From positions 32,302,001 to 32,366,000 of the forward strand of contig OZ024759.1 of NCBI GenBank assembly GCA_964016885.1: a stretch of DNA of 64,000 nucleotides, in the 5' to 3' direction. Source of the DNA: Eledone cirrhosa (taxonomy: Eukaryota). A model generated the notes under the pieces. It made no database searches and had not been told where the DNA came from. It saw nothing but the letters and a program-made list of their open reading frames with translations. The translations under genes and the position numbers were made by a program. How positions within the stretch are numbered: the stretch's first letter is position 1; the number at the start of each line of letters is the position of its first letter. Shown in pieces: positions 1-14,060 of this stretch.

Positions 1-244
1 AAAAAAAACGAGGATGTTTCGTTTACATATGAAAAATATTTATTGCATATCGACCTGTTACACGCGTTTCGCAAAAGATTGGCTCAAGTGAACCATAGGA
101 GTTATGGACCTGACTCCAGTATGGATCTGCTCCTCAGACTGGTGATGAGACAAACTTCTCCATTTTTTTCTATTATATACACTTTGCCTGTGCGTAGAGT
201 GCTTGATTTGGTACCTACTCTAGTATTTCACCGTACTACCGACA

Positions 245-246
<2 letters not shown>
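1..246. mobile_element. Penelope-like (PLE) terminal remnant: hammerhead on the minus strand, tail on the plus strand running into (TA)n
   Basis: Minus-strand hammerhead motif at 54-142; GAGTGCT at 197-203, about 49 nt before the TA tract at 247. Confidence 0.6.
54..142 (-). ncRNA. Type I hammerhead ribozyme motif with long stem II
   Basis: Minus: ccagt-CTGAGGA-gcaga...tttgc-GAAA-cgcgt-GTA-acagg. Stem I ccagt/acagg (1 mismatch); stem II closes gcaga/tttgc. Confidence 0.6.
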
Positions 247-300
<54 letters not shown>

Positions 301-303
<3 letters not shown>

Positions 304-408
304 TGAGATTCTACAGGACTAGAACTGTTTCATTCATTAGAAATCATCAGATGATTTCTAATGAATGAAACAGTTCTAGTCCTGTAGAATCTCTTCTATA
401 TTAAAACT
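301..408. mobile_element. Family A fold-back hammerhead element, truncated copy
   Basis: Near-perfect inverted repeat gagattctacaggactagaactgtttcattcattagaaatcat and its reverse complement, between TA tracts; same sequence at 12940 and 31306. Confidence 0.8.
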
Positions 409-540
409 ATATATATATATATATATATATATATGCATATGTGTATATATACAAACTCTTATCGACATATACAAACACATAGTCACGGATATATAACTAT
501 ATATACCTGTTTGCATATATATTACTATTGTCAGTATTAT

Positions 541-572
<32 letters not shown>

Positions 573-762
573 ATAATTGTTTTTACTTTTGGCACAAGGC
601 CAGCAATTATCCCAGTGTATTACTGGTACTTTATTTTATCGACCCCCGTAAGGATGAAAGGCAAAGTTAACCTCGGCGGGATTTGAACTCAGAATGGAAA
701 GGGCCGTAACTCTATGCGTCAAAGCATGGCCTCCAACCCTCTACCGATACTGCCAATCCACC
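573..762 (-). mobile_element. tRNA-derived SINE (family S1)
   Basis: Reverse complement has A-box-like tggcagtatcgg, B-box gagttcaaatccc and core aactttgcctttcatccttacggggg tcgataaaataaagtaccag; about 10 copies in the window. Confidence 0.85.
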
Positions 763-845
763 AATGTTTTATAGATTCGCCGGTTGCTCCTTTTCTCTTA
801 ATAACCTGTATTACTTCCTATTGAACTGTGTATACATACATTCAT

Positions 846-970
<125 letters not shown>

Positions 971-1120
971 TATACAATATATATATATATACAATATATT
1001 AACAAATGGAAACTATATTTTGCTGAGTGCTTTATATCAGTTATAAAAATATTTGCTTGTTTTATCCCAACAAATTAAATATAACTTCTACATATATATA
1101 TATATATCTATATATCTATA

Positions 1121-1206
<86 letters not shown>

Positions 1207-1279
1207 CACACACACATATATATATATACATACGTACATATATATATATATATACATATGTACATACATATATACATAC

Positions 1280-1360
<81 letters not shown>

Positions 1361-1986
1361 TGTGTGTGTGTGTGTATGCTCATATCATGCATTATGTATA
1401 CATCTATGTTTGTCTAAAGTGATATGTGTGTTTGTAGTGATTTAAAGTAAGAAATTTCTCTCAAATTTATACTAATTGATTATCGATTATGGGTTTTCTT
1501 AATTAAATGTATTCAATAATATGAAGCGTGATTTAGCATAAATTGACGATCTTTGGTTGTGTTGTTACAATTATTATCATTATTATTATTATTTTTATTA
1601 TTATTAGTAGTATTATTATTATAATTATCATTATTATCATTATTATTATTATTATTGCTGTTGTTGTTGTTATTTTTGTTGTGGTTTTTGTGGTTGTTTT
1701 AATCCTGACACAACTATTCTTCTATTTTGTGGGATTGTTTATCGTTTCACGACATATTCCGGAATAGAAGAAAAGATGGAGAAGACAGAGGAAGGCGTAA
1801 AAAGAATGCGATGGAGGGATATCAAAAAATGAATAATTTTCCTTTTGATGTTTGGGGGCGATATTTGAGATATCGACAGATTGACGGCGAATTTGTTATA
1901 AACCGTGTAATTATTACAAATTGTTGGAGATATAAAATACGAAACATCCTGGAGAACGGACAGCAAACGGATAAGGGAAACAATTT

Positions 1987-2025
<39 letters not shown>

Positions 2026-2069
2026 TGTGTGTGTGTGTGTGTGTGTGTGTATGTATATATATATATATA

Positions 2070-2135
<66 letters not shown>

Positions 2136-2167
2136 TATATACATACGCACACACACACACACACACA

Positions 2168-2214
<47 letters not shown>

Positions 2215-2287
2215 GCACCAAATCATATATATATACATGTTTTGGTGCATGCATCTATGTATATATATACGTTTGACTGCATCTCTA

Positions 2288-2380
<93 letters not shown>

Positions 2381-2716
2381 GGTTGAATTGTGGTGCATTT
2401 GGCTTGCAAATTACAATTGCAACTTTCACGTAATGTTCAAACTTTGTATTATGAAACAAAAAATGTTTTGAAAAATGAACTCTTTTTTTTTATATGATTA
2501 AGATTGTCGTTTGACACCCGCAACCTTATATGCACACGTATATATCATTTACATGTATATGAGTGTGTGCTTTTCTATACACACACACACAAAATAGATA
2601 TATACGCAGGAATATATATATATATGTGTGTGTAGAGAGAGAGATATATACGTATATATGTGTGTGAGACTGGGCATATGTATGTATATATATATATTTA
2701 TATATTTGCATATATA

Positions 2717-2768
<52 letters not shown>

Positions 2769-3239
2769 GTGTGTGTGTACTTGTGTGGGTATGTCTACGT
2801 ATGTGTGTGCTTGTGTATGGCTGTGTGTGTATATGTGTGCCTGCCCTCTATGTGAATATGTATATGACCATCTAAGCGTGTGTATGTTTGTGTGTATGCA
2901 TGTGCTTATGTGTATGTCTGTATGTGCTTTTATGCGTATATGTGTATGTGCCCATGTATATATATATATATATATATATGTCCATCTATGTTTGTGTGTA
3001 TATGTGTGTATGTGCCCATGCACGTGTGTATGTACATCGCAGTCTGTATGTGTGTGTGTGTGTGTGTCCAAGTACTTTTTTATGTCATCCTTCTATTTAG
3101 CTCGCGACAGTCAAATTTTTAGCTTTGTGTATAAAGAAATAATCGATATTATTACAACAGTGAAAGGAGGTGATGATGTTAGGGTGGTAGTGTTTGTGGG
3201 GGTGATTATAGGGTGGGGAGGGGGTGCTTCTGATTAGTA

Positions 3240-3278
<39 letters not shown>

Positions 3279-3477
3279 TCGACGTATGACTACTTTCGAG
3301 TTTTAACAAAAACAGGCTGTAAAATATGCCAACAACACTCCTCATTCTGACGATGAAGCTGTGAAAGGCTTGAAACGTTGATTAGATTATGGCTTTAGGA
3401 ACGCTGTTACTACACACACACACGCACACGCACACACACACACACACATTTATATATATATATATATATATGAATAA

Positions 3478-3682
3478 AGTCAGGACCCCGACGGCTGAGC
3501 TCCGGCCGTTTCGACAGCTAGATCCGAACTAAGACAGCAGTCTGGCTTAGTTCGTGACTAGCTGTCGAAACGGCCGGAGCTCAGCCGTCGGGGTCCTGAC
3601 TCCGTTCCTATTACCCACTCTACTCCCCTAAGTATCGAGTACTCTGATGCGTTATGGTCCACCTGGTATCTTACCACACCTT

Positions 3683-3685
<3 letters not shown>
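3478..3685 (+). mobile_element. Family B fold-back element with the 3' half of a hammerhead plus tail
   Basis: Inverted arms 3478-3530 and 3558-3601; GAAA-cggc...gcc-GTC at 3567-3589; GAGTACT at 3637; ends in (TA)n. Homologous to 35688, 42008, 42212. Confidence 0.75.
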
Positions 3686-3773
<88 letters not shown>

Positions 3774-3871
3774 TATACATACACACACACAATTGAATGT
3801 TTATCCTCAATGACTTTCTCGACCTTCAACGAACCACCTTGTTAAAATACGACTTGATTTATATATATCGA

Positions 3872-4068
3872 CAGTCGATCGACTTTCGTCTAATCGGACC
3901 GAGGAAACAATGTTTCCATTGGTCTTTCCAATTCCTAATACTATCTATCGGTCGCAACTCCAGGTAGAAGGAGCAACTTGAAATAAAGTGTCTTGCTCAA
4001 GGACATAACGCATCGTCTTGTCTGGGAATCGAACTCACAGCCTCACGATTGCGAATCACTCAGCCACG
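3872..4068 (-). mobile_element. tRNA-derived SINE (family S2)
   Basis: Closely similar to 40231-40446; gtgtcttgctcaaggacataacgc core followed by reverse-complement B-box (gggaatcgaactc). Confidence 0.75.
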
Positions 4069-4303
4069 AAAGTGCAATTTGGTACAAGGACAAGGAAAAA
4101 TGGGAGAAGGGTAAACTGTTCGGGCATGGGAGGTCGAAGCTAGTTTGGGGTTTTAAGTACCAAGTTAAAACTCGTACAACAAGGAGACCGGGTCTAAGGG
4201 TACCAAATCTGAAAAATCTGTGCAGCAGGGTAACCAGAAGTAAGAACGACAGCTTGGAAAATCTTGTTCAGTAAAGTAACCTGTCCATGAGTTTTTGTAT
4301 GCA

Positions 4304-4378
<75 letters not shown>

Positions 4379-4440
4379 ATGTTTGTGTATCTGCGTGAGT
4401 GTGCATATGCTTGTGTTTGCGCACGAGTGGACGTGAGTAT

Positions 4441-4512
<72 letters not shown>

Positions 4513-4658
4513 GTCAGTATATATGTTTCTGTGTATGAGATTTTGTATGCAGGTATCCGTGCATGTGTGTGTGCGCGCAGGCTCGTGGTGTGTGTGGGTG
4601 TTTGTCTGAGTTTACATGTGCTTGTGTTTGCGAACAAGTGTATATGTGTGTTTCTATT

Positions 4659-4691
<33 letters not shown>

Positions 4692-5317
4692 GAATGTATA
4701 TATGTGTGTGTGGATAACTGCATCCCATAACACATAAATATAGTCGAAATAAAATTACTACTAAATTATAATCATAATTATAATTATACCTTTAATAATT
4801 TAAATAAATATTTCTTTATTATTATTATCATTATTATTATTATTATTACTATAATTTTTATTATTTTGAATATTGTTGAAATGTAATTTACGAAAAACTA
4901 TTTAATATAAATTTCTCTTGAAAGTGCATTTTAACTTTTAAGTTCATGTTGTTATATTTACTTTTTCAAATTTTCGCACTTCCCTTAAGTGAGGGAGGTT
5001 GGTGGAGGGATGTTGGAGTGGTGGAGGGGTATTGGAGTGTGGAGGGGTGTTGCAGGTTGGTGGAGGGGTGTTCGAGTGATGGAGGGAGGCTAGATCTAAA
5101 ATATATGAGAACTGGACTTGTAAATTGATTACAATATTGTAATTTGAAATAAATTAGATTTTTCAAATACATTTTAGAACTTCGCTTTAACCCTTCCATG
5201 ACCAACATGTTTAACTAAATCCACTCTCTGCGCATTTTAAAGTTAATTTAACTGAAATTATCAGGCGTGTCTACTAGTACCATGTAGTATATACGTGTAT
5301 ACATACACACATACACA

Positions 5318-5376
<59 letters not shown>

Positions 5377-5381
<5 letters not shown>

Positions 5382-5712
5382 AAGAATGATGAGTAACATG
5401 GTTGGCTGTACAATAAGGGGCTTTATTTCGGGTATTGACAATTGTTTCATTGATCAAGTGACCTCTAGGCTCACCTGATCAATGAAACAATTTTCAATAC
5501 CTGAAATAAAGCCCCTTATTGTACAGCCAACCATGTTTCTCTTCATTCTTTCACTATTATTACTCCAAGTATAACCTACATAGGAATTACCGATCTCGCT
5601 GCATAACTATGGAAATATCTTGTTGAGTTAAACAAAGCCGTACGTTAAAACTTTCCACGACGCAGAGTACTCACAACCTCTAACTGGATTACCTCTAACG
5701 ATAACTTGTTAC

Positions 5713-5715
<3 letters not shown>
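5377..5715 (+). mobile_element. Family C fold-back element in (TA)n
   Basis: About 80-bp inverted arms (5377-5456, 5476-5555) containing GAAACAATTGTC (minus 5437-5448); tail GAGTACT at 5665, 50 nt from TA. Tail homologous to 41778-41826. Confidence 0.75.
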
Positions 5716-5766
<51 letters not shown>

Positions 5767-5767
<1 letters not shown>

Positions 5768-5948
5768 GGGGTAACAAATAATAGTTATATGCAGTCCACT
5801 TAGGTGTAGTCCAGTTATGGTATTCCGGGTAGTCGAGTAACGCGAAAACAAGCGGGTAGCGATCTCTAGACCTACCAGTTCAGAGAAACAATTGTCAGCC
5901 ATGTAAAAACCTTTTTTGTATAGCAAATCGTGTCACTCTTCTTTCCTG

Positions 5949-5950
<2 letters not shown>
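5767..5950. mobile_element. TA-flanked PLE-like remnant
   Basis: GAAACAATTGTC at 5885-5896; bounded by TA tracts on both sides. Confidence 0.4.
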
Positions 5951-6000
<50 letters not shown>

Positions 6001-6003
<3 letters not shown>

Positions 6004-6395
6004 GCTTCTGTCTATTACTGGTACCAAATTTTCTAGTACAACCTGTTTCGTGGTTGGTGACTAAACCGACTCCCCCACAAGACGCTGGGGAGGGTAGGTG
6101 GGAACCCAGCATCACATAAGACATGAGCTGTAAAAAGGGCGGATCAACTCCTCAGAGTCAACTGCGATCCACCCCAACTAATGTCAGCTCAGGCTCCTGT
6201 CTGCTACTGGTACCATGTAACCCAGTACAACCTGTTTTATGGTTGAGTGGTTGGTGACTAGACCGGCCTCTCCATCAGACCCTCGTCTGGTCAGGAAGGT
6301 AAATGTAACCCCAGCAGCACAAAAATTAAGAGCTATTTAAAGGGCTGTCGAAATCCTCGGAATCAACGGCCATCCACAACAACTATGGGTTAAAT
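6001..6395 (+). mobile_element. Tandem dimer of an RTE-like 5' head
   Basis: Two ~180-bp units sharing tactggtacca...cagtacaacctgt...ggtgacta and a ga(g/a)tcaa...atcc block with the 5' part of the 44273/48693 element. Confidence 0.55.
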
Positions 6396-6469
6396 AGCCT
6401 CACCAAGTGGTCAAACGTGGTGATTATCGCTACACCCCTTTTTTTAAAACATTTTTCTGCACATTTTAT

Positions 6470-6702
6470 ACTCTGCCATTATTCCAATATCTAATCCGGC
6501 ACTCTAACTACTCTACCATTACTCCAATATTTAATCCGGCACTCTAACTGCTCTGCTATAACTCTAATATCAACCCGGCGCTCTAACTACTCTGCCATTA
6601 TTCCAATATCTAATCCGGCACTCTAACTATTCTGCCATTATTCCAATATCTAATCCGGCATTCTAACTACTCTACTATTACAACCAATATTTAACCCGGT
6701 AC
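6470..6702. repeat. 40-bp minisatellite, about 6 copies
   Basis: Unit actctgccattattccaatatctaatccggcactctaact. Confidence 0.85.
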
Positions 6703-6864
6703 TAAGCGCTCTGTCAGCAAGATAAACTAATATGTAACTATATTATCAAAAGTAGTGATATCAATAGCAAGGACTGAGCTGACTGTAATATTTACAGGGG
6801 AGGTTTTTATTAGTTATAGGCTTAACGTTATTATAGAATATTGGGTTTCAATCTATATACACCC

Positions 6865-6959
<95 letters not shown>

Positions 6960-7053
6960 GGGGTTGAGGGAATTTGTTGCTGTATTTTGATCAATACTTC
7001 CCGAACTATGATATTATCTGAGTATCTTAAGTGAAGTTACTTATACACACACG

Positions 7054-7121
<68 letters not shown>

Positions 7122-7152
7122 GTATATATATATTTATATATTTAAATATATC

Positions 7153-7209
<57 letters not shown>

Positions 7210-7274
7210 CTTGTAAACGTATACTCATTTATAAACTCCATAGATATACATATCGATAGTGTATATGCGTGTGT

Positions 7275-7415
<141 letters not shown>

Positions 7416-7486
7416 GTTTATGCGTGTGTGTGTTTCGACTTCTGTCTTTGAGTTCCTGTTTGTGTCTATATATATATGTCTATATA

Positions 7487-7541
<55 letters not shown>

Positions 7542-7782
7542 GTGTGTGTGTGTGTGTGTGTGTAAGCACCTACAAAAATACAGACACCCATGAATGTATC
7601 TATGTGTATTCGTATATATATCTATATATAGACATACACACACAAACATGTGAAGGATTGTGCCTTGGATAAACTTCACGCACACACACACATACACATA
7701 CATACACAATCTTCCTTTCTGATGTCTAGTTGACAGTAAAATTGCGATGAGTTCGAATAGGTGGGAACTACATATATATGCT

Positions 7783-7883
<101 letters not shown>

Positions 7884-7956
7884 GCATCTATATGTGTATA
7901 TTTATATATATATATATGCATCTATATGTCTGTGTGGATACATATATATAGACGCA

Positions 7957-7992
<36 letters not shown>

Positions 7993-8549
7993 GCAGCCAT
8001 TTTTACTGTCGTCCATTTTGTTTTGTTCTCTGGTGCCTCTAAGCACGATATTATATTATACGGCACGCTCTATATTTACTGTCCAATCAACACAACCGAT
8101 ATGATGGTGACACCAGCGCCGCCTACATTCAGTTTTTCCATAGTTTTCTTTTACTATGTCCTTATTGGGATTTTTAGCGTCTGATTTTCTTTTTCATTTT
8201 TTGTGGTGATGGGTTTATTTTATGTTATTTTATGTTGTTTTATGTGGTTTTATTTGATTATCGATATTATTAACTATTGGTTTCGTATATTTTTTGTATA
8301 TGTGTTTGTGTGTGTGTACGGGTTTATGTGATTGTTTATGTGTGTGTTTGTGTATGTATGTGTACGTGTTTATGTGCTCATGTGTCTGTCTGTGTGCGTG
8401 TGTGTACGGATTTATGTGACCGTGTGTGTGTGTGCGTGTTTACGAGTGTTTTTTGTGTATCTTTGTGTCTGTGGTTGTGTATGTTGTGTAAGTATGGTTC
8501 TGTTTGTTTGTGTTTGTGTATGCATATATGCGTGTGTATATGTATCTGT

Positions 8550-8630
<81 letters not shown>

Positions 8631-8690
8631 CATATATATATATATATATATATACATACATATATATATATATATATACATATATATATG

Positions 8691-8826
<136 letters not shown>

Positions 8827-8830
8827 CATA

Positions 8831-8864
<34 letters not shown>

Positions 8865-9350
8865 CATATATATATGTATGTTTAACCATGCCGATATCTG
8901 ATGATATCCTCACTAGTTGATCATCGATCAAGTTATAGCCAACAGCCATTTCGTTGTAGTGTTGGTTGTTATTGTTGTTGTTGTTGTTACTGGCGGCAGC
9001 GGCGACGGTGGCGGTACAGTTGTAGTTGTTATTGTTGTTGGTAGTGGTGATAACGGTGGTGATGGTGGTACAATTACGGTTGTTTTGTTGGTGGTGGTGT
9101 GGTTGTTGTTGTTGGTGGTGGTGTGGTTGTTGTTGTTGGTGGTGGTGTGGTTGTTGTTGTTGGTGGTGGTGTGGTTGTTGTTGTTGGTGGTGGTGTGGTT
9201 GTTGTTGTTGGTGGTGGTGTGGTTGTTGTTGTTGGTGGTGGTGGTGGTGATTGTGTATAGTTTGGGGTGGGGAGAGTTTTGCTTCTACAATATATACTTA
9301 TGTATGTACATACCAGCATGTATGTACATACCTTGGTATATATATATATA

Positions 9351-9847
9351 GTATACGAGGATCGGAAGTAAGAGTATTCCGCAGTTCACAGTAATAATAA
9401 TAATAATATTAGCTCAAAGAAGAATAGAGAATTTTCTTCTGAGCTCAGATACAAATATAATACACAAAGAGAAGTGTGTTACACAGTGAGATGTGTGTAA
9501 AGAATTATTACAAGTGTGTTTTACCGTTACTGTATAGAGAACAATATCTACAGGTTTAGCAATTAAATAGAAAAAAACTAAATCAGAATCAAATCTCTGA
9601 AGTAAAGTTTTAAATTGCCAACCTTATAACTATAGGTTTGCTGATACGAATCTAGTTCGTTTCCCCCACAGAAATGTGCAGTTTAACAGCCCACAGATTC
9701 ATCAGTCAGCAAATGTGGATTCTGTTCACGACACATCTAACCTCATGGATAGAGAGAAAGCTAATATACACGCTGCCCAGGGTAGGGCGAAATCACTTGT
9801 AATAATTCTTTACACACATCTCACTGTGTAACAGGCTTCTCTTTGTG

Positions 9848-9854
<7 letters not shown>
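9351..9854 (-). mobile_element. Family D fold-back element in (TA)n
   Basis: About 60-bp inverted arms 9456-9516 and 9795-9854, ~280-bp spacer, ~100-bp tail on the left; only a degenerate gccc...gggc-GAAA motif at 9775-9793. Confidence 0.6.
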
Positions 9855-9901
<47 letters not shown>

Positions 9902-9976
9902 ATGTATATATGTATATATATATATGTGTATATATATGTGTGTGTCTGCGTGTATCTATGTTTATTTATGTATGTG

Positions 9977-10058
<82 letters not shown>

Positions 10059-10078
10059 TTTAACATTTTTTTTTATTT

Positions 10079-10188
10079 CGTTACACGTGTTTCACCAGTA
10101 GCCCTGCTTACAACCTTTCTCAATTATGTATAGCATACGATTATGTAACGATACGGTTGGACACCTTAGCTGACGGACTCATCAGACG
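10079..10188 (-). ncRNA. Hammerhead motif with ~85-nt stem II region
   Basis: Minus: cgt-CTGATGA-gtcc...ggt-GAAA-cacgt-GTA-acg; palindromic ACACGTGT stem III; 3-bp stem I. Confidence 0.5.
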
Positions 10189-10399
10189 TGCAACAACATC
10201 GCGTCACTTTCTTATTAGTTCTCTCTTCCTCTCGCAACAATCTGAGAAAAGTCATCAAACCCTAACGATGTCTTTAACGGAAGCTGGACCTCATTGGTTA
10301 ATCGTCACCAACATTGTCTCAGATTGCTGCGCGATTAATTATTATATTCTTGGTCGTAACTTGGTTTACGACGGTGGTCTCATTATATACATACAAACA

Positions 10400-10717
10400 T
10401 ATAGTTATGTAATAAACAACATAAGGCAAATATTTCATTTACCAGTGGTTTCTTAAAAGCAAACAAATTTTGCTTTCAATGATCAGAATGAAAATATCCT
10501 GACATTGGATTTTAAAAAAGGTTTTTAAAATCCAATGTCAATAAATATACCAGGATTTTTTAATTCTGATGATTGAAAGCAAAATTTGTTTGCTTTTAAG
10601 AAATCACTGGTAAATGAAATAATTGCCTTATGTTGTTTATTACATAACTATTAAGCTCTGTAACCTACATAGAGCACTCTTTTTTCCTGGACCTTTCCGA
10701 CGGAATTATTTCATTTA
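10400..10717 (+). mobile_element. Family E fold-back hammerhead element
   Basis: About 100-bp inverted arms. Plus: CTGATGA 10566-10572, stem II ttgaaagcaaa/tttgcttttaa, GAAA 10600, GTA 10610; tail GAGCACT 10672. Second copy at 34790. Confidence 0.8.
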
Positions 10718-10833
10718 CACATATATATATATATGTATATGTGTGTGTGTTTCTGTTAAGCAACACATACACGCATACACAGTAACATATATATATACAT
10801 ATAATATATATATATATACAATATATATATAAT

Positions 10834-10982
10834 AGACCATAAAGGGGTAGTAGAGAATGAGTATTTAAAAAGTTGGAGCCCGACAGCTGAGCTCTTGCCG
10901 TTCAAACAGCTTGTTATAAAATATATATATATTATAACGAGCTGTTGGAACGGCAAGAGCTCAGCTGTCGGGCTCCGACTTT
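10834..10982. mobile_element. Diverged family B-like fold-back element
   Basis: Inverted arms agttggagcccgacagctgagctcttgccgttc and reverse complement around a TA spacer. Confidence 0.65.
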
Positions 10983-11011
10983 GTCACGACGAGGACGAGA
11001 AGGGGGAGAAG

Positions 11012-11043
<32 letters not shown>

Positions 11044-11539
11044 TCTTTTCATTAGAAATATGTTAACAAAAGGAGAAGTAATGGTAATAGCGTTAGGAGA
11101 AAGAGAATTGGTAGTAGGAGGAGGGGAGGAGAAGAAGGGGGAGAAGAAGAAGAAGAAGAAGAAGAAGAAGAAGAAGAAGAAGAAGAAGAAGAACAACAAC
11201 AACAACAAGAGGAAGAGAGAGAACAAGGAAGAATGTGCATCTTTCACTAGAAATAATACAACGAAAGGGTTAAAGATTGTCTTAATGACATTAACCCGCC
11301 ACATTGCTTCTATCTTCTCTGTTATTGCTTGATTAGAAAAAGGAGAAGGGAGAAGAAGAAGGGTATTTTATATGATAGAACAAAAGGAGTTGGCTATGAA
11401 AAACAGTTTAGTGAGACCGTTAGAAGTTACGTATCGTTACAATATTAACTGTGAATCGATTACAAAGCAGTGATATATTACCAGCTTCTATACACTGTAA
11501 TAGCTTCGCAAGATTTAAAAGCGATCCCCCAGAGATCTT

Positions 11540-11570
<31 letters not shown>

Positions 11571-11695
11571 TTGTGTCTGTTTGTATGTGTATATGTATGT
11601 GTGTGTGTATGTGTATGTGTGTCTGTGTGTCTGTGTGTGCGTGTATGTGTGAGTTTTTTCATTTCTCTCTCTATTTATATATATATATATATATA

Positions 11696-11937
11696 GTAAT
11701 AATAATAATAAATGTGAAGACTAAAATCCAAAGAGGGCTCGATAAGGATAAATATATATCAAATATATAAGAATCGTAGAGCGAATATTTATTAAAATAA
11801 CAGATTAAAGTTTAAGCAAAGAATCGCTGCTTTCACCCTTAACGGGATCTTCTGAAACTGACCAGTTTCAGAAGATCCCGTTAAGGGTGAAAGCAGCGAT
11901 TCTTTGCTTAAACTCTAATCTGTTATTTTAATAAATA
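11696..11937 (-). mobile_element. Family F fold-back element with variant hammerhead (CAGAAGA core)
   Basis: About 75-bp near-perfect palindrome centred at 11861. Plus 11864-11914: agttt-CAGAAGA-tccc gttaa gggt-GAAA-gca...tg-CTT-aaact. Copies at 35910 and 42361. Confidence 0.75.
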
Positions 11938-11938
11938 A

Positions 11939-11995
<57 letters not shown>

Positions 11996-12067
11996 AATAA
12001 ACACACACATATATATATAAGAACATATATATATTTGTATATATGTATATATATATAAATATATATC

Positions 12068-12140
<73 letters not shown>

Positions 12141-12692
12141 ATATATGTACTTTATTTATATATATAGATATAGATAGATAGATTGAAATAAATATATATA
12201 GAACATACGTATATTTAAATATAGATAAATATATATGTACTTATCTATACATACATATATACATACATATAAACATACATTCATACACACATACGCATAC
12301 ATACATACACACTCACATACACACATGCACACACACATGTACGCGCACACATATATACATTCCTGTTTTCGAGTTACAATGTTCTATATTGATACCAACT
12401 TTGCTTTCTTAACAATCAGATATCTCAAATTTCAGACATATTAATCATTAAATAGACGACTGTTTATAAAGACTTCCGTTGGAAGTTAAACATACTTAAA
12501 AATCCGTTGACACTGCGACGTAAATAGCGCTAACATCTGCTAACGTTAAAAATGTATCAATGGCGACATGTTTTGGCGTTCTTTGTCCTTCAGCAGACGA
12601 CAGAGCGTCAACATTCGCTGAGAAAATGTAGGTAACTTCACTGATATTCACCAAACACTTTCATTTCCCTATTAACTTATCAATTTCCGTGA

Positions 12693-12750
<58 letters not shown>

Positions 12751-12774
12751 CTGTATGTATGTATATGTATATAT

Positions 12775-13143
<369 letters not shown>

Positions 13144-13229
13144 TATATATATATATATATATATATATGTGTATATGTGTGTATGTGAGTGTATACATAT
13201 ATATGTATGTGTGTGTGTATATGCATATT

Positions 13230-13282
<53 letters not shown>

Positions 13283-13305
13283 CTGTATGTATGTATATGT
13301 ATATA

Positions 13306-13361
<56 letters not shown>

Positions 13362-13444
13362 GTGTGTATGTATATATATATATGTGTATATGTGTGTATG
13401 TGAGTGTATACATATATATATATGTATGTGTGTGTGTATATGCA

Positions 13445-13540
<96 letters not shown>

Positions 13541-13905
13541 TTCGTATGTATGTAAGTATATTTACCTTTCAATCTGAGACTAAGGTTAAGATGCTGATAT
13601 AAGTGAAACTAAATACCTGTTGATAGCTTGTTTGGCTGTAATTTATTGAAGAATCAAGGTGTAAATGAAATCTTTGAAACGGAAATGGAAGCTGAAAACT
13701 TTAAGATTTCTGTCTACTAATATATTTTGGTAGATGTTCATGTTTCGAAGTGTTTTTTTTTTTTTAGAGGGAGGGGGCCGATCTCAAGTAACTTCAGTCT
13801 AGTTTGATTTTTAGTCGTTCAAGAAATGTAACCTTGCTGTGTAACTCTATCAAGGCCAATTTTTTATAAAATATACTCTGTTTAGTTATAGTATAGCTTT
13901 ATAAT

Positions 13906-14060
13906 AGGCGGCGAACTAACAGAGTCGTTAGAACGTCGGATAGAATACCTTGTGGTATTTGTTTTGGTTCTCTATTTTCTGAGTTCAAATCTTGTCATGG
14001 TCAACTTTGCCTTTCAGCCATTTAAGGTCGATAAAAAAGTACCAGTTAAGTACTGGAGTC
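13906..14060 (+). mobile_element. SINE S1, diverged
   Basis: ctgagttcaaatc...aactttgcctttca...ggtcgataaaaaagtaccagt. Confidence 0.75.

Noticed and set aside
301-408. Fold-back elements read as Tc1/mariner MITEs with a TA TSD
   Set aside because: Arms are asymmetric with a one-sided tail, junctions vary between copies, and arms carry hammerhead cores. Not formally excluded for the shortest ones.
12565-12605. Hammerhead-like ctgctga...aaaacatgtc on minus
   Set aside because: Two core mismatches and no convincing stems.
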